A model generated the notes under the pieces. The model ran no database searches. It was not told where the DNA came from and saw only the letters and a list, made by a program, of their open reading frames with translations. The position numbers and the translations under genes are program-made. A stretch of DNA of 64,000 bases from Candidatus Shapirobacteria bacterium GW2011_GWF2_37_20 (GTDB lineage Bacteria > Patescibacteriota > Microgenomatia > UBA12405), in the NCBI GenBank assembly GCA_000989305.1, contig LBTB01000002.1, positions 40,411-104,410 of the forward strand, written 5' to 3'. Below are positions 55,453-64,000 of the stretch, in pieces (the stretch's first letter is position 1; each line of letters starts with the position of its first letter).

Positions 55453-56505
55453 TCTTTCATAAACTCCGGATTTCTTTGCTTCCTCTACTGTAACTTTATT
55501 GCAAATATTTAGCATTTCCTGATTACTGGAACCCACACTTCTTAACTCTTCTTCTGAAGCCTCTAAGGGCATCTTTGGACCCCCCAAAAACGTTCCCGTC
55601 CAATTACAGCGAATACAAGCTTTGTTTAACTTATCTCCAAAAAACTTTCTGACAAAACTATGCAAATTGGCATCAACAACTTGATTTTCGTTCGCCGCCG
55701 GGTAAGGGGAGTAATATCGAAGCGGCTTAGTGCTTTCCAAAAGAGCACTGCAACATCCGCCCACAAAATTTACCTTCAATTTTTTACAGGCCAAACTAAT
55801 TACTCTCATTCCAAAAGCCGTTGCCATCGGCGCAATCGTTACTACTGTTTTTGGTTTACAACCTATTTTTACCAATTCTTCCAACATCTTTACATGTTGC
55901 ATTCCCGACGCTACCGGATCAGAGATATATAAAATTTCTAAATTATTTAAATTAAAACCTTCCAAATTTGGCTTAACTGACAATTGTGATTCCCTGGTAT
56001 ATATATTCTCACAATCTTTGTGACTCATGGCTACAATTGTTGATGGAATATTTTTCGTTTCATCCACCAAAAATAACGCTCTCTGCCAGTTGGTTAAATG
56101 ACCCTCCCTCGCAAAATATATTATTCCTGAGTTATCAGCCCTTGATCTGTTAATCAACTTTTTCATCTTAGGAGTATTTGCCAATTGATACATCGCCACC
56201 TCCATGTCCAATTGCGCCAAGGGCCCAAAATGATATCGCGGTAAAACAAATTTATTATCTTTATCAAAACCTCCAGCTCCGCTAATTATTTCTGCTTCCG
56301 GACTAGAAATCGTTACCACCCCCATTGTTTCCATGCAAGACAACTCGCTCTTTTCCCCCAAAACTGGCGAATACAATTTATGGTTTTTTACTTGAAACTT
56401 TCTTCTTATACCTTTTCCAACTATCTCACTTAATCTTTCTTTTTCGACTTGACTGGCAATCTTAAAAAAAATACTTGGTTTATCTCCAGGTTTTTTAATT
56501 GCCAT
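55414..56505 (-). CDS. hypothetical protein with a type-I phosphoribosyltransferase-like segment (UPRTase-like?), unverified
   Basis: EILYISDPVASGMQHVKMLEEL resembles the PRPP-binding loop of UPRTases (vllDPMLATGGS) and IIYFAREGH resembles ILRAGLGM. The rest of the 363-aa protein is not recognised. Confidence 0.35.
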   Translation of the reverse strand: MAIKKPGDKPSIFFKIASQVEKERLSEIVGKGIRRKFQVKNHKLYSPVLGEKSELSCMETMGVVTISSPEAEIISGAGGFDKDNKFVLPRYHFGPLAQLDMEVAMYQLANTPKMKKLINRSRADNSGIIYFAREGHLTNWQRALFLVDETKNIPSTIVAMSHKDCENIYTRESQLSVKPNLEGFNLNNLEILYISDPVASGMQHVKMLEELVKIGCKPKTVVTIAPMATAFGMRVISLACKKLKVNFVGGCCSALLESTKPLRYYSPYPAANENQVVDANLHSFVRKFFGDKLNKACIRCNWTGTFLGGPKMPLEASEEELRSVGSSNQEMLNICNKVTVEEAKKSGVYERLIPYSTRLMQSK

Positions 56506-56554
56506 CCTGGAATCTTATTTTAGCAGAAATTAATTTCCGAAACAATTTGTAAAG

Positions 56555-56628
56555 TGACTCCAGTGGGAGTCGAACCCACGATTGCCTGGATGAAAGCCAG
56601 GAGTCCTAGGCCACTAGACGATGGAGCC
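56555..56628 (-). tRNA. tRNA-Glu (anticodon TTC)
   Basis: Reverse complement: acceptor GGCTCCA/TGGAGTC (one G-U pair), D-arm GTCT-AGTGGCCTA-GGAC, anticodon stem CCTGG/CCAGG with loop CTTTCAT, T-arm GTGGG-TTCGACT-CCCAC, discriminator A. Confidence 0.75.
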
Positions 56629-56675
56629 GTTTTTAGCCTTATTGAAACAGTGAGTATTTTACCATAAACTACACC

Positions 56676-57299
56676 GTGATCTATATTTTCCACGGTAACC
56701 ATAATACCCAAAGTTATACCGCCTTCTCTGAATTGCTAAACAATTACGATAAACACGAAAAATTCCATCAAAATGGTAAAAATATTAATCCTGACTCTCT
56801 CGATAATTTCTTAAACACTCCCTCTCTTTTTTCTGAAACCAAAGTCGTAATTTTTGAAAATCTTTTCTCTCTTCTCAAATCTCCCTTCGATAAAATTATT
56901 AAGTTAATTAATTCCCATCCTGATTTTGATTACCTGTTCTGGCAGGACAAAAAGATCGAAGTTGCCAAACTCAAACTTTTACCTCAAGCTGACATTAAAA
57001 TTTTCACTCTTCCTGAATTACTTTTTTCTTGTCTTAATGCCATTAAGCCAAAAAATAAAGTAGATTTCTCCAAAAAATATCAGGAGCTAATGGCCACTTT
57101 TCCTTTAGAATTAGCCTTATTTTGGTTTAAAAACACTCTTCGTCGTCAGTTAACCACCTATTCCAAATTTTCAGAAGAAAATCTAAAAAAAGCCTACTTA
57201 AACTTGATTGAACTCGACAAAAAATCTAAAAGTGGCACCTTATACGAACCAAAAGATATGGCCATAGAGAGAATTATTCTCTCCCTCCTCGACGCCTAA
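56676..57299 (+). CDS. DNA polymerase III delta-subunit (HolA)-like protein, putative
   Basis: N-terminal MIYIFHGNHNTQSYTAFSEL...SLFSETKVVIFENLFSL resembles the HolA N-terminal AAA+-like lid pattern (i.l.yG.d......l....slF.e.rlv...n). Weak. Confidence 0.3.
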   Translation: MIYIFHGNHNTQSYTAFSELLNNYDKHEKFHQNGKNINPDSLDNFLNTPSLFSETKVVIFENLFSLLKSPFDKIIKLINSHPDFDYLFWQDKKIEVAKLKLLPQADIKIFTLPELLFSCLNAIKPKNKVDFSKKYQELMATFPLELALFWFKNTLRRQLTTYSKFSEENLKKAYLNLIELDKKSKSGTLYEPKDMAIERIILSLLDA

Positions 57300-57725
57300 G
57301 TGTCGTTTCTGTTATTATTTTGTATGACTGCCCAAATTGTCGACAAACCCTGGGGTCGTGAGATTATTCTTACCACTCCCGATCTGCCTTATGTTGCTAA
57401 AATTCTAGAAATAAAAGCCCAAAAACGTCTTTCTTTGCAATATCATGATCAAAAACTTGAAACATTAACTCTTTTTTCCGGCGAAGCCAATATTATCTGG
57501 GGAAAAGATAAAGATAATTTGGTCACCGAAAAAATGATTCCCAACAACGGCTACACCATTGCTCCGAATACAATTCATCGCTTTGAAGCTATAACTGATT
57601 GTCAAATCTTTGAAGCCTCAACTGGAGAAATTGGCACCACTTTCCGTCTAGAAGACGACGTTAATCGTCCTAACGAAACTGAAGAAATTAGAAATTCTCC
57701 CAATCGTGGCTGGACCCAAAAATGA
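57300..57725 (+). CDS. cupin-domain protein (mannose-6-phosphate isomerase type-II C-terminal-like small cupin)
   Basis: VDKPWGREIILTT...AKILEIKAQKRLSLQYHDQKLETLTLFSG is the type-II PMI/cupin signature (PWGxE...LSLQxHxxRxE). Confidence 0.55.
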   Translation: MSFLLLFCMTAQIVDKPWGREIILTTPDLPYVAKILEIKAQKRLSLQYHDQKLETLTLFSGEANIIWGKDKDNLVTEKMIPNNGYTIAPNTIHRFEAITDCQIFEASTGEIGTTFRLEDDVNRPNETEEIRNSPNRGWTQK

Positions 57726-59975
57726 TTAAAAAGCCCTCCTTATTATGGTTTAAAGACATTCATTTTGAAGATGTCAATATAGTCGGAGGAAAAGGCGCTA
57801 ATTTGGGGGAAATGTATAATATCGGCATTCCCGTCCCCAATGGTTTTTGTGTTACTGCCGAAGCCTATTTTAAATTCATCGAAGTCAATAAATTAAAGCC
57901 CAAAATCAAAGACATTCTTCAAAGCACCGATGTCGATCAACCCGAACAATTATCACAAGCTTCCTCAAAAATAAGAAAATTAATTAAATCTAGCCTTGGA
58001 AATCATGATGGCTTACAAAAAACTTTGCTCTTTTGGCGGACTCAAAGATGCTCCTGTCGCAGTTCGCACCTCCGCCACCGCCGAGGATAGCGCTGATGCC
58101 TCATTTGCCGGCCAAGGTGACACTTTTTTAAATGTTACCGGTGAAACTAATGTTGTTAACCAAGTCCGCGCTTGTTGGTCTTCACTCTTTACCTCACGTT
58201 CAATTTTCTATCAGGTCAAAAAACATTACGACCACTTTAAAATTGGGGTTGCTGTTCCGGTTCAAAAAATGGTCCAAAGTGAAGTCTCCGGAATCGTCTT
58301 TACCCTTAATCCAGTCACTAATAACAAAAACGAAATTGTAGTCGAAACTATCTGGGGACTTGGAGAATATATAGTTCAGGGAATTGTTACCCCCGACCAA
58401 CATCTCATTGATAAAAGTAACTGGGAAATAAAATATAAAAATTCCGTTCATCAAGATATCCAGTTAACCCGTTTCGCCGATAGTAATAAAGAATTAAAAG
58501 TTCCAAAATATAAGCAAAATAAAGCTAAAATCAGTGATACCATGGCAGTTAAAATCGCCAAATTATCCCAAAAGCTCCACAATCATTACGCCAAGGCTCA
58601 GGACATAGAATTCGCTATTGAAAAAGGTAAATTATATTTTGTTCAAACCCGACCTATTACTACCGTTGATGTCAGTCAAAAAAATATTAACGACCAAAAT
58701 AAAATTGACGTCAATTTACTTCCCATTCTTACCGGTGAACCAGCCAGTCCCGGTTCTGCCTCCGGAATTGCCGTCATTATTAAAGATCCAAAAGATATTA
58801 CCCGCGTTCAAAAAGGCCAAATCCTAATTACCCAGATGACCACTCCGGATTTTGTTCCTGCCATGAAAAAAGTCAACGGAATTATTACCGACAAAGGTGG
58901 TCAAACGTCTCATGCCGCCATTGTCAGTCGGGAACTTGGAGTTCCTTGTGTTGTCGGCACAACTACCGCTACCAAACTAATAAAAGAAGGGGACATTATT
59001 ACTATCGATGGTACCACTGGAAAAATTTACAGTGGCGACCACAGCTCCGGACTTATTGCCAAAAAGGTTGTCCATACCCTTCAAAAAACCGCTACCAAAC
59101 TCTATGTCAATTTAGGCGAACCAGACCTGGCCAAGGAAATCAGTAAAAGAAATGTTGATGGTATTGGTCTTCTCCGGGCTGAATTTATGATTGCCAATAT
59201 TGGCGTTCACCCAAAACGGATGATTCAGGAAGGTCGACAAAAAGAGTACGTAGAAAAATTAGCGCTAGGTATGGCTCAATTTTGCAAAAACTTCAACCCT
59301 CGACCTGTTATTTACCGAGCCACCGATTTTAAAACCAATGAATACCGCTATCTAAAATGGGGTAAACAGTACGAACCAGAAGAACCAAATCCACTCCTGG
59401 GTTTTCGTGGTGCAATTCGCTACATCAATTCTCCTGATGTCTTTCAAATGGAACTTGACGCCATTAAACTAATTCGCAATAAATATAATCTAAAAAATCT
59501 CTGGCTAATGATTCCCTTTTGTCGTTCACCTGAAGAGTTGTCAAAAGTTAAAAAAATTATCACTGATGCCGGCCTCTTACGTAGCCCCTCTTTTAAGCTT
59601 TTTATGATGGCTGAAATTCCCACCAACGTTATCATGATCGATAAATTTATCGATGTTGGTATTGATGGTATCTCGATTGGTAGCAACGACCTGACCATGC
59701 TTACTCTTGGCCTTGATCGCGACAATTCCGAAATTGCCAAAGACTTCAATGAGCTTGATCCTGCCGTCCTCTGGTCTCTAAAGAGATTAGTTACCAAAGC
59801 CAAAAAACGCAACATTATGGTTGGAATTTGTGGACAAGCTCCCAGTAACCATCCGGATTTAGTGCAAAAATTGGTGAAGTGGGGGATTTCCTCTATCTCC
59901 GTTTCACCCGACGCCATCGATCGCACCCGGGAAATCATCGCCTGGGCCGAAAATAAGAGATTTGAGAAAAAATAA
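57722..59975 (+). pseudogene. ppsA: phosphoenolpyruvate synthase (PEP-utilising enzyme) interrupted by a single-nucleotide frameshift near 57992-57998
   Basis: The N-terminal piece (57722-58090; VGGKGANLGEMYNIGIPVPNGFCVTAEAY) and the rest (57996-59975; VAVRTSATAEDSADASFAGQGDTFLNV..., phospho-His domain GGQTSHAAIVSRELGVPCVVG, C-terminal TIM barrel) are contiguous PpsA sequence in two frames. Stops in the downstream frame at 57972 and 57981 show the break is real in this sequence. Confidence 0.6.
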
Positions 59976-59977
59976 AT

Positions 59978-60415
59978 CTAGTTAGTCCTTCTTTGCACAA
60001 CTAAGCTTGGAATTTCACGGCCAGCAATTCGTTGAGCCTCAGCATTATCCATTAATGTTTTATTTACCAATACTACTGATCCGGAATATAAATCATAACG
60101 CGCCGCATCTGACTTTTTATCAATCTTTAGTTTTTCACCCTTACCTACCGGAATTATTTCATAAATACTCGGACGTCTTTCCTGCCAAATACCTATTGCT
60201 TTAGCACTTGGTGCACTACCAACAAAGCTAAGAATTTCTAAATACGGATCCTCGCTAAAAACAACAATTTTATTTTCTTCCAATGTCGAAACACTAACAC
60301 CTATTCCCTGTTTAAGTGGAATACTGATACTACCACTCTCCGCCAATCCTCGTCTAACTGAAAATCCACGATTATCTGTTCTAATAGTAGCCTGTTCTAC
60401 TGTAATTGTCTCCAT
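59978..60415 (-). CDS. hypothetical protein (145 aa)
   Basis: Clean ORF 2 nt from the ppsA stop (convergent). VRRGLAESG and EAQRIAGRE faintly recall dUTPase motifs 2 and 4, but motifs 1 and 3 are absent, so unassigned. Confidence 0.4.
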   Translation of the reverse strand: METITVEQATIRTDNRGFSVRRGLAESGSISIPLKQGIGVSVSTLEENKIVVFSEDPYLEILSFVGSAPSAKAIGIWQERRPSIYEIIPVGKGEKLKIDKKSDAARYDLYSGSVVLVNKTLMDNAEAQRIAGREIPSLVVQRRTN

Positions 60416-60450
60416 AAGTGAAACATATCACACTTTTAAAAAAATTCCAA

Positions 60451-60469
60451 TATCCCCTAGCAGGGGATA
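60451..60469 (-). terminator. possible intrinsic terminator hairpin (TATCCCCT-AGC-AGGGGATA) after the 123-aa gene
   Basis: 8-bp stem 22 nt downstream of the 60491-60862 (-) stop. The U-run on the minus strand is offset (TTGGAATTTTTTT). Confidence 0.35.
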
Positions 60470-60490
60470 AAAGATTTGAGATAAAACAAT

Positions 60491-60862
60491 TTATTTACGA
60501 GATATTCTTAACCCCACCGTCTGCTTATCCTTAAAAACACTCCCTCTGGTTATAACTTCAACATTTTTTCCAGTTATTGCAAAACATACATATAATTTTG
60601 GTCTCCCTTCTATGTTATCCTCAGTTGCAAAACCATCAACCAGAAATTTAACTCTTTTCCCTTTTTTATTTTTCTTACCTTCCAAAACAGTGGCTTCCCG
60701 GGTATCCAAGATACTGGCCAAGCCCGGTATAACAACCTCTAAATCTTTCTTCAATTCCTCCGCTGTAATAATCCTGTTGACAATGGTCATTGGCTCAGTC
60801 GAGGAAAAGGCTTCCTCTGATCCGTCTCGATTAATAATTATTTTTTCTATTTCAGTTGTCAT
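60491..60862 (-). CDS. hypothetical protein (123 aa)
   Basis: ORF in an operon-like arrangement downstream of lexA-rsmI. No motif recognised. Confidence 0.4.
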   Translation of the reverse strand: MTTEIEKIIINRDGSEEAFSSTEPMTIVNRIITAEELKKDLEVVIPGLASILDTREATVLEGKKNKKGKRVKFLVDGFATEDNIEGRPKLYVCFAITGKNVEVITRGSVFKDKQTVGLRISRK

Positions 60863-60885
60863 TAACGGATTTTAAAATATAATTT

Positions 60886-61203
60886 TTATTTAACAAACGT
60901 CATTCTCACCACTCTCCAACCATGATCTTTATTTGGCTTTTCACCTACCACAATTTGTTTTCCCAACGGAATGCTTATTAAACCTTCAACCGCCCTATAA
61001 GTCGAAACATTATCAATAAACTCCACCAATTTAACTCTATCATTGGCAATAATATAAGCCCCCTTATCGTCTTCTTCAGGATAACCCCACCTACTTTCTC
61101 TTACAAAAATGTCTTGACCTGCATTAAAAGTTTTTTCAAAATCCATAGGAATAAAAAACTTTTCAGCGTCAAGCACACCTTGTTCAACCCGCACTGGTGA
61201 CAT
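60886..61203 (-). CDS. hypothetical protein (105 aa)
   Basis: ORF 19 nt downstream of rsmI on the same strand. Beta-rich, no motif recognised. Confidence 0.4.
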   Translation of the reverse strand: MSPVRVEQGVLDAEKFFIPMDFEKTFNAGQDIFVRESRWGYPEEDDKGAYIIANDRVKLVEFIDNVSTYRAVEGLISIPLGKQIVVGEKPNKDHGWRVVRMTFVK

Positions 61204-61222
61204 GTATGTATTATATCACACC

Positions 61223-61861
61223 TTAGGCAAAAACAACTACAACTTCACCTCGAATATCACCGTCCCAATCATTTTTTATTTCTTCAAACTTCTTTGTCAT
61301 CTCCCGGATTATTCTAATCTCCACCTTATCTCCATAAATCTCTTTCACTTCTTTCACTAATTTTTCAGTTCGAAGAGGGGATTCGTAAACCACTTTCGAC
61401 CCCTCAACCTCTTTGTATTTTTCCAAAATCTTTTTTCTCTCTCCGTCTTTCTTTGGTAAAAAACCCAAATATGAGAATCGTCCCATTGGTAATCCAGCCA
61501 AAACTAAAGCATTAATTGTTGCCGATGCTCCAGGAAGGGCTGTATATTTCAGACCCAACTCCTGACACTTTCGGACTAATAACCAGCCCGGATCAGACAA
61601 TAGGGGAGTTCCAGCATCAGTAACTAAACCCACTTCAAGTCCTTCTTTTAACATCTCCACTATTTGCGGTATTTTTTGTCTTTCTACTTCATCATAAAAA
61701 GATAACAGCTTTGGAGTATTGGCAATTTTAAGTTCTTTTAATAAAATTCCTGTTTTTCTAGTATCTTCACATAATAATACATCGATACTTTCAAACATAT
61801 CGATAGCCCTCAATGTAATATCTTTCATATTGCCAATTGGTGTTGCGATTATGTACAACAT
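61223..61861 (-). CDS. rsmI: 16S rRNA (cytidine1402-2'-O)-methyltransferase RsmI
   Basis: MLYIIATPIGNMKDITLRAIDMFESIDVLLCEDTRKTGILL (RsmI N-terminal signature LYxVxTPIGNxxDxTxRA...EDTR), LVTDAGTPLLSDPG and ALPGASA. Confidence 0.85.
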   Translation of the reverse strand: MLYIIATPIGNMKDITLRAIDMFESIDVLLCEDTRKTGILLKELKIANTPKLLSFYDEVERQKIPQIVEMLKEGLEVGLVTDAGTPLLSDPGWLLVRKCQELGLKYTALPGASATINALVLAGLPMGRFSYLGFLPKKDGERKKILEKYKEVEGSKVVYESPLRTEKLVKEVKEIYGDKVEIRIIREMTKKFEEIKNDWDGDIRGEVVVVFA

Positions 61862-61865
61862 TTCT

Positions 61866-62495
61866 TTAATTAAATTGTCTAATCACTGCCACCACTTTTC
61901 CTCTAATTTCCACGTCAGTCACATACATCGGACTCATGGTGGAATTAGCTGGTTGCAAACGAATTCGATTGGCTTCCTGATAATATCTTTTCAAAGTTGC
62001 AAAACCATTTCGTAACACCGCCACCACAATATCACCATTATTAGCCATTTTTTGCTCTTTAATCACCACGTAATCTCCACTTAAGATTCCATCATCAATC
62101 ATCGAATCACCCTTGGCCTGCAATACAAACGATTTATCACCCGACTTAATCAAGGTCGAAGACACCATTAGGGTTGCGTTTGGATCAGTATATGGTTCAA
62201 TTGGTGCTCCACAAGCAATGAAACCTAAAACGGGTAATTCAGTTGTGTCTTCATTTCCTTTTTCTGTATTGTCCAACAATTCAATACCCCGTACTGCTCC
62301 ACGATAGCGCCTGACTAAACCTTTCTTTTCTAGGGCTGATAAGTGTTCATGCACAGTTGCAAGTGAAGATAATCCTAAATTTTGGGCAATTTCAGTTAAG
62401 GTCGGAGCATAACCATACCTGTCAATCGACTTAGCAATTAAATCAAGGATTTCTTTTTGTCTTTTGTATACAATGGCTGGCATATTTTTAATCAT
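61866..62495 (-). CDS. lexA: LexA repressor (S24 peptidase)
   Basis: N-terminal winged HTH (LTEIAQNLGLSSLATVHEHLSALEKKGLV), Ala-Gly cleavage region (FIACGAP), Ser nucleophile in KGDSMIDDGI and Lys in ATLKRY. Confidence 0.85.
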   Translation of the reverse strand: MIKNMPAIVYKRQKEILDLIAKSIDRYGYAPTLTEIAQNLGLSSLATVHEHLSALEKKGLVRRYRGAVRGIELLDNTEKGNEDTTELPVLGFIACGAPIEPYTDPNATLMVSSTLIKSGDKSFVLQAKGDSMIDDGILSGDYVVIKEQKMANNGDIVVAVLRNGFATLKRYYQEANRIRLQPANSTMSPMYVTDVEIRGKVVAVIRQFN

Positions 62496-62565
62496 ACACG
62501 AACAATACCCGAAGTCAACCCTTTAATGGATGTTAATATTGAATATGTTCTTATGTTTATTCCTT

Positions 62566-64000
62566 ATGTTTTTTTTCTTTAAAACACCTACCCTTGCTCT
62601 TTCTGACTTCACTATTAACGAAAACATTGAATATCTTCTCAACCTTTCCGGCCAAGCTACTGTCACCCACCAAATCGATATAACCAATAATTTTTCCCAA
62701 ATTTACCCCAAAGAATACCAAATTCAAATTCAGGGTTTACCTCTAAGCGATTTAAACGCCACGGACGATGGGGGAAATATTCTTACCAATTTCTTGTCCC
62801 AAAATGATTCTTCCCAGATCAAACTAAAATTTAACCAGCCAAAAGTTGGTAAAAATCAAACCACCACCTTTAAGCTGATATATCGTGTTCCAGAGCTAGC
62901 CAAGCATAAAGGAAAAACCTGGGAAATTTCTTTACCTCAATTAACTGACTCTGCCCTAAACAATACTCAAATTACCCTAAAAACTCCTTCTGATTTCGGC
63001 ACCCTCTCCTTCGCCTCCGTTCCAGTCAAATTTCAGGAAGGTCTTAATCAAAATACAGTCAGCCTTCAAAACAATTCACATTCCAAAATTCTAATAATCC
63101 TTGGCAATTATCAACTCTTTGATTTTAAGCTAAATTACTCCCTCAAAAACAACACCTCATCCACCATCACTTCCGAAATCGCCATCATTCCCGACACCTA
63201 TTCTCAGTCCGTCTATTATCAGTCAATATCTCCCTCCCCACTCGGTATTAGAGTTGATCCTGACGGTAATTGGTTAGCAAGCTACGAATTAAAAAGTGGA
63301 GAGGAACTAAATATTATTGCCGATGGTCAGGTTAAAACAGGCTTACATCTCCCAGTTGAAACCACAAACCTTGAAAAATACCTTTCCGATCAAACCTTCT
63401 GGCCAGTATCCGATCCTCAAATACAAGATATTTCCCGAAACCTAAACAGTTCCCGGGCTATTTATAATTATGTTGTCGACACTCTCAATTACAATTACGA
63501 CCGCTTAAATTCTTCGGGTCGCCTGGGAGCTCTTGCGGCTATCAATGACCCCAATAATTCGCTCTGTACTGAATTTACTGATCTTTTCGTCACCCTAGCC
63601 CGAGCTAAGAATATTCCCGCCCGAGAAATTGAAGGCTTTGCTTATTCCAATAATCCCAAAATTAAACCAATCAGTCTTCAAAACGATGTTCTTCATGCCT
63701 GGCCGGAATACTACGATTCCACCTCAAAAACCTGGAAAGCTGTCGATCCCACCTGGGAAAAAACAACCAACGGAATTGATTATTTTAGCGACCTTGACCT
63801 AAACCATATTACTTTCGTCACCCACGGACTCGACAGCCAAAACCCACTTCCGCCTGGTTCCTATAGAAATGAATTCAGTGAAAAATCAATTGCCATAAGT
63901 TTTGCCACCGAAGAAATAAAAACGGTTACCGCCCTTCCCTTAATTGCCTTTAAAAACGACCGTCTTCTACTCCAGAATTACACTCCGAATTCCCAAAAAA
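62566..64000 (+). CDS. exported transglutaminase-like (papain-fold Cys-His-Asp) domain protein; 3' end outside window
   Basis: Hydrophobic N-terminus MFFFFKTPTLALS. Transglutaminase-core triad context: SLCTEFTDLFVTLARAKNIPAREIEGFAY (Cys), LHAWPEYYD (His), WKAVDPTWE (Asp). The ORF runs to the window edge, so it is absent from the ORF track. Confidence 0.6.
   Translation, partial: MFFFFKTPTLALSDFTINENIEYLLNLSGQATVTHQIDITNNFSQIYPKEYQIQIQGLPLSDLNATDDGGNILTNFLSQNDSSQIKLKFNQPKVGKNQTTTFKLIYRVPELAKHKGKTWEISLPQLTDSALNNTQITLKTPSDFGTLSFASVPVKFQEGLNQNTVSLQNNSHSKILIILGNYQLFDFKLNYSLKNNTSSTITSEIAIIPDTYSQSVYYQSISPSPLGIRVDPDGNWLASYELKSGEELNIIADGQVKTGLHLPVETTNLEKYLSDQTFWPVSDPQIQDISRNLNSSRAIYNYVVDTLNYNYDRLNSSGRLGALAAINDPNNSLCTEFTDLFVTLARAKNIPAREIEGFAYSNNPKIKPISLQNDVLHAWPEYYDSTSKTWKAVDPTWEKTTNGIDYFSDLDLNHITFVTHGLDSQNPLPPGSYRNEFSEKSIAISFATEEIKTVTALPLIAFKNDRLLLQNYTPNSQK

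Noticed and set aside
56520-56711. 63-aa ORF from the six-frame track
   Set aside because: Overlaps tRNA-Glu (56555-56628); spurious.
62496-62565. Looked for a LexA operator upstream of lexA (Cheo-box GAAC-N4-GTTC, E. coli CTGT-N8-ACAG, GTTC-N7-GTTC)
   Set aside because: Only partial matches (GAATATGTTC; TGTTAATATTGAA). No convincing palindrome, and this clade's box is unknown.
1-64000. CRISPR arrays, integrases, transposases, toxin-antitoxin pairs
   Set aside because: No repeat-spacer periodicity and no recognisable recombinase/transposase motifs on either strand. The only mobile-element-like signal is the att-like repeat pair at tRNA-Asp.

Overview
Low-GC window (about 35% GC) with TGA used as a stop codon (e.g. 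11704-11706), so the standard bacterial code applies. Gene content is typical of a reduced-genome Patescibacteria/CPR-type bacterium: short versions of RecO, MurE and Ndk, and a 923-aa IleRS.

Layout:
- 1-9750: cell-surface glycan cluster with 8 glycosyltransferases, a hexapeptide acetyltransferase, an O-antigen-ligase-like protein, ManC and a priming sugar transferase.
- 9751-13600: large membrane-anchored exported protein, then recO and glyQS.
- 14212-29847: division/cell-wall (dcw) cluster, rsmH-ftsL-ftsI-murE-[Ate/Bpt-like]-murC-murA-mraY-[insert]-ftsW-murG-ftsA-ftsZ.
- 29856-37363: ileS, a second SEDS gene, rplU-rpmA, parB, lepB, tRNA-Val and gdhA.
- 37365-49857: a more accessory stretch with a large secreted lipase-like protein, a second GT2/O-antigen-ligase pair, an Ig-like protein, LysM and ArsR proteins, three tRNAs, Ndk, an M23 peptidase, a DUF2726-like gene flanked by direct repeats next to tRNA-Asp, a CYTH protein, PolX, LemA and HtpX.
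- 49963-64000: dnaE, a poorly coding structured region, rplS, tRNA-Lys, lgt, tRNA-Glu, a frameshifted ppsA, three unknown small genes, rsmI, lexA and a partial transglutaminase-like gene.

The most interesting locus is the insert between mraY and ftsW, where murD would normally sit. It holds an NlpC/P60 hydrolase and a MazG-like gene. It also carries a 54-aa LysW-like zinc-ribbon carrier that the ORF track missed, a short fold-type-II PLP enzyme, and an ATP-grasp ligase co-directional with ftsW-murG-ftsA-ftsZ. Six tRNAs were found by eye (Val-CAC, Thr-CGT, Gly-CCC, Asp-GTC, Lys-TTT, Glu-TTC). No CRISPR array, integrase or transposase was seen.
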